Positions 63,180-64,000 of a DNA stretch of 64,000 nt are shown here, in pieces. Positions within the stretch are counted from its first letter, which is position 1. Every line of letters starts with the position of its first letter. The notes below the pieces were generated by a model that worked only from the letters and a program-made list of their open reading frames with translations, had not been told where the DNA came from and ran no database searches. This DNA comes from Anaerolineae bacterium (GTDB taxonomy: Bacteria; Chloroflexota; Anaerolineae; Aggregatilineales; Phototrophicaceae). Where the stretch lies: contig JACSRP010000145.1 in NCBI GenBank assembly GCA_014879665.1, positions 6,507 to 70,506 of the forward strand. Reading direction: 5' to 3'. A program made the position numbers and the translations under genes.

Positions 63180-64000
63180 ATGAGACCAACCGGCAGCCTC
63201 TGGCGACAATTTGACTATATCCTCCTCGGCGCGTCTATCCTGCTCACCGTCATCGGTGTGCTGATGATTCGCAGTTCCACGCTGGGCGCCATTGACCCTG
63301 ACTTAATCAATCGCGTCCCTGACCAGATTCGCTTTGCATTTCTCGGCTTTGGCTTGCTGCTGGCATTAGCCGCGCTGGACTATAAACTTCTCGGCGGCAT
63401 CCACTGGTGGCTTTACGGCCTGATGATCCTGCTGCTGATCCTGGTTAAGCAGTTCGGCGTCGAAGGCGATGGCGGCGCCCAAAGCTGGCTCAACGTGGGT
63501 ATCCGTATCCAGCCCTCCGAAATTGCCAAAGTGCTGATCATCATCACCCTCGGCATGCTGCTGTCGCGCAATTATGAATCCCTTGATAAATTGAGCACGA
63601 TTGGTAAATCTCTGATCCACGTTGGCATCCCCGCGCTCCTTATCGTCAGTCAGCCCGATCTTGGCATGACCATCGTCTTTGGCGTGCTCTGGTTAGTGAT
63701 GATCTGGGCTGCCGGGCTGCGCTTAAAGCACATCGCCATCGCCGGGTTGGTCGCCTTATTAGCCGCGCCGATTATGGTGCCGGTGGCGTGGTCACAAATG
63801 GAGCCTTATCAGCGTTCGCGTATCACCTCGTTCATCTTCCCCGAAAGTGACCGCGACGCCTACTACAATATTTTGCAGGCGCGCATCAGCATCGGTTCCG
63901 GTGGCTTGATGGGGAAGGGTTATGCTAACGGCCCCCAGAACACAGGCCGCTTTTTGCGGGTGCGCCATACTGACTTCATCTTTAGCGTCATCAGCGAAGA
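63180..64000 (+). CDS. rodA: SEDS-family peptidoglycan glycosyltransferase RodA/FtsW (3'-truncated by window end)
   Basis: This ORF is not in the supplied track because no stop lies in the window. From ATG 63180 it reads MRPTGSLWRQFDYILLGASILLTVIGVLMIRSS...IQPSEIAKVLIIITL...DFIFSVISE, matching SEDS hallmarks. Confidence 0.8.
   Translation, partial: MRPTGSLWRQFDYILLGASILLTVIGVLMIRSSTLGAIDPDLINRVPDQIRFAFLGFGLLLALAALDYKLLGGIHWWLYGLMILLLILVKQFGVEGDGGAQSWLNVGIRIQPSEIAKVLIIITLGMLLSRNYESLDKLSTIGKSLIHVGIPALLIVSQPDLGMTIVFGVLWLVMIWAAGLRLKHIAIAGLVALLAAPIMVPVAWSQMEPYQRSRITSFIFPESDRDAYYNILQARISIGSGGLMGKGYANGPQNTGRFLRVRHTDFIFSVISE

Noticed and set aside
1-64000. CRISPR arrays, prophage, IS elements, integrons, retrons/DGRs, and rRNA operons.
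   Set aside because: I saw no regularly spaced direct repeats. There are no reverse transcriptase, transposase, integrase, capsid or terminase-like ORFs, and no rRNA-like conserved stretches. The window looks like core chromosome.

Overview
This is a 64 kb chromosomal window at roughly 55-58% GC by eye. It is densely packed, with about 55 protein-coding genes. I found no rRNA, tRNA, CRISPR array, transposase, integrase or prophage genes. Three gene-content features suggest a filamentous monoderm such as Chloroflexota (Anaerolineae-like): Thr/Pro-rich envelope linkers, a GH57-type glycogen branching enzyme, and many stand-alone receiver domains. This taxonomic call is low-confidence inference. 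From left to right the window contains: miaB; a DIP1984-family gene; an MBL hydrolase; prmC; and a long minus-strand run of CsaA-like tRNA-binding protein, family III CoA-transferase, LysM protein, an 895-aa HerA/YjgR-like NTPase, a membrane-anchored PLD, an acidic protein and an ankyrin protein. Next come a REC-GAF-adenylate cyclase; a Cthe_2159-type beta-helix protein; HdeD; an aldehyde dehydrogenase; two GT4 glycosyltransferases flanking a histidine phosphatase; and mgsA. After these is a REC / membrane-NERD / addB / addA operon, then a two-component locus. A glycogen neighbourhood follows (GH57 branching enzyme, glgA, glgC, stand-alone CBM48, glgP, PGM/PMM), interrupted by a cytochrome c and an atypical ClpA-length Hsp100. 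The window ends with a PPC-domain exoprotein, a GH3 NagZ-like enzyme, an OmpR-type regulator, tilS, and a morphogenesis/division supercluster: mreB, mreC, mreD, PBP2, an unknown polytopic membrane protein, minC, minD, minE and rodA (truncated at the window end). The best candidates for something undescribed are: (1) the ankyrin / acidic protein / PLD / HerA-like NTPase block, whose NTPase carries a Pro-rich linker and an unassigned C-terminal module of about 320 aa; (2) the receiver plus membrane-tethered NERD pair co-transcribed with addBA; (3) the Hsp100 with a degenerate D1 ATPase and no ClpP-docking tripeptide; and (4) the uncharacterised membrane protein wedged between PBP2 and minC. None of these can be confirmed from sequence alone. 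All family assignments rest on motifs read by eye, not on database searches.
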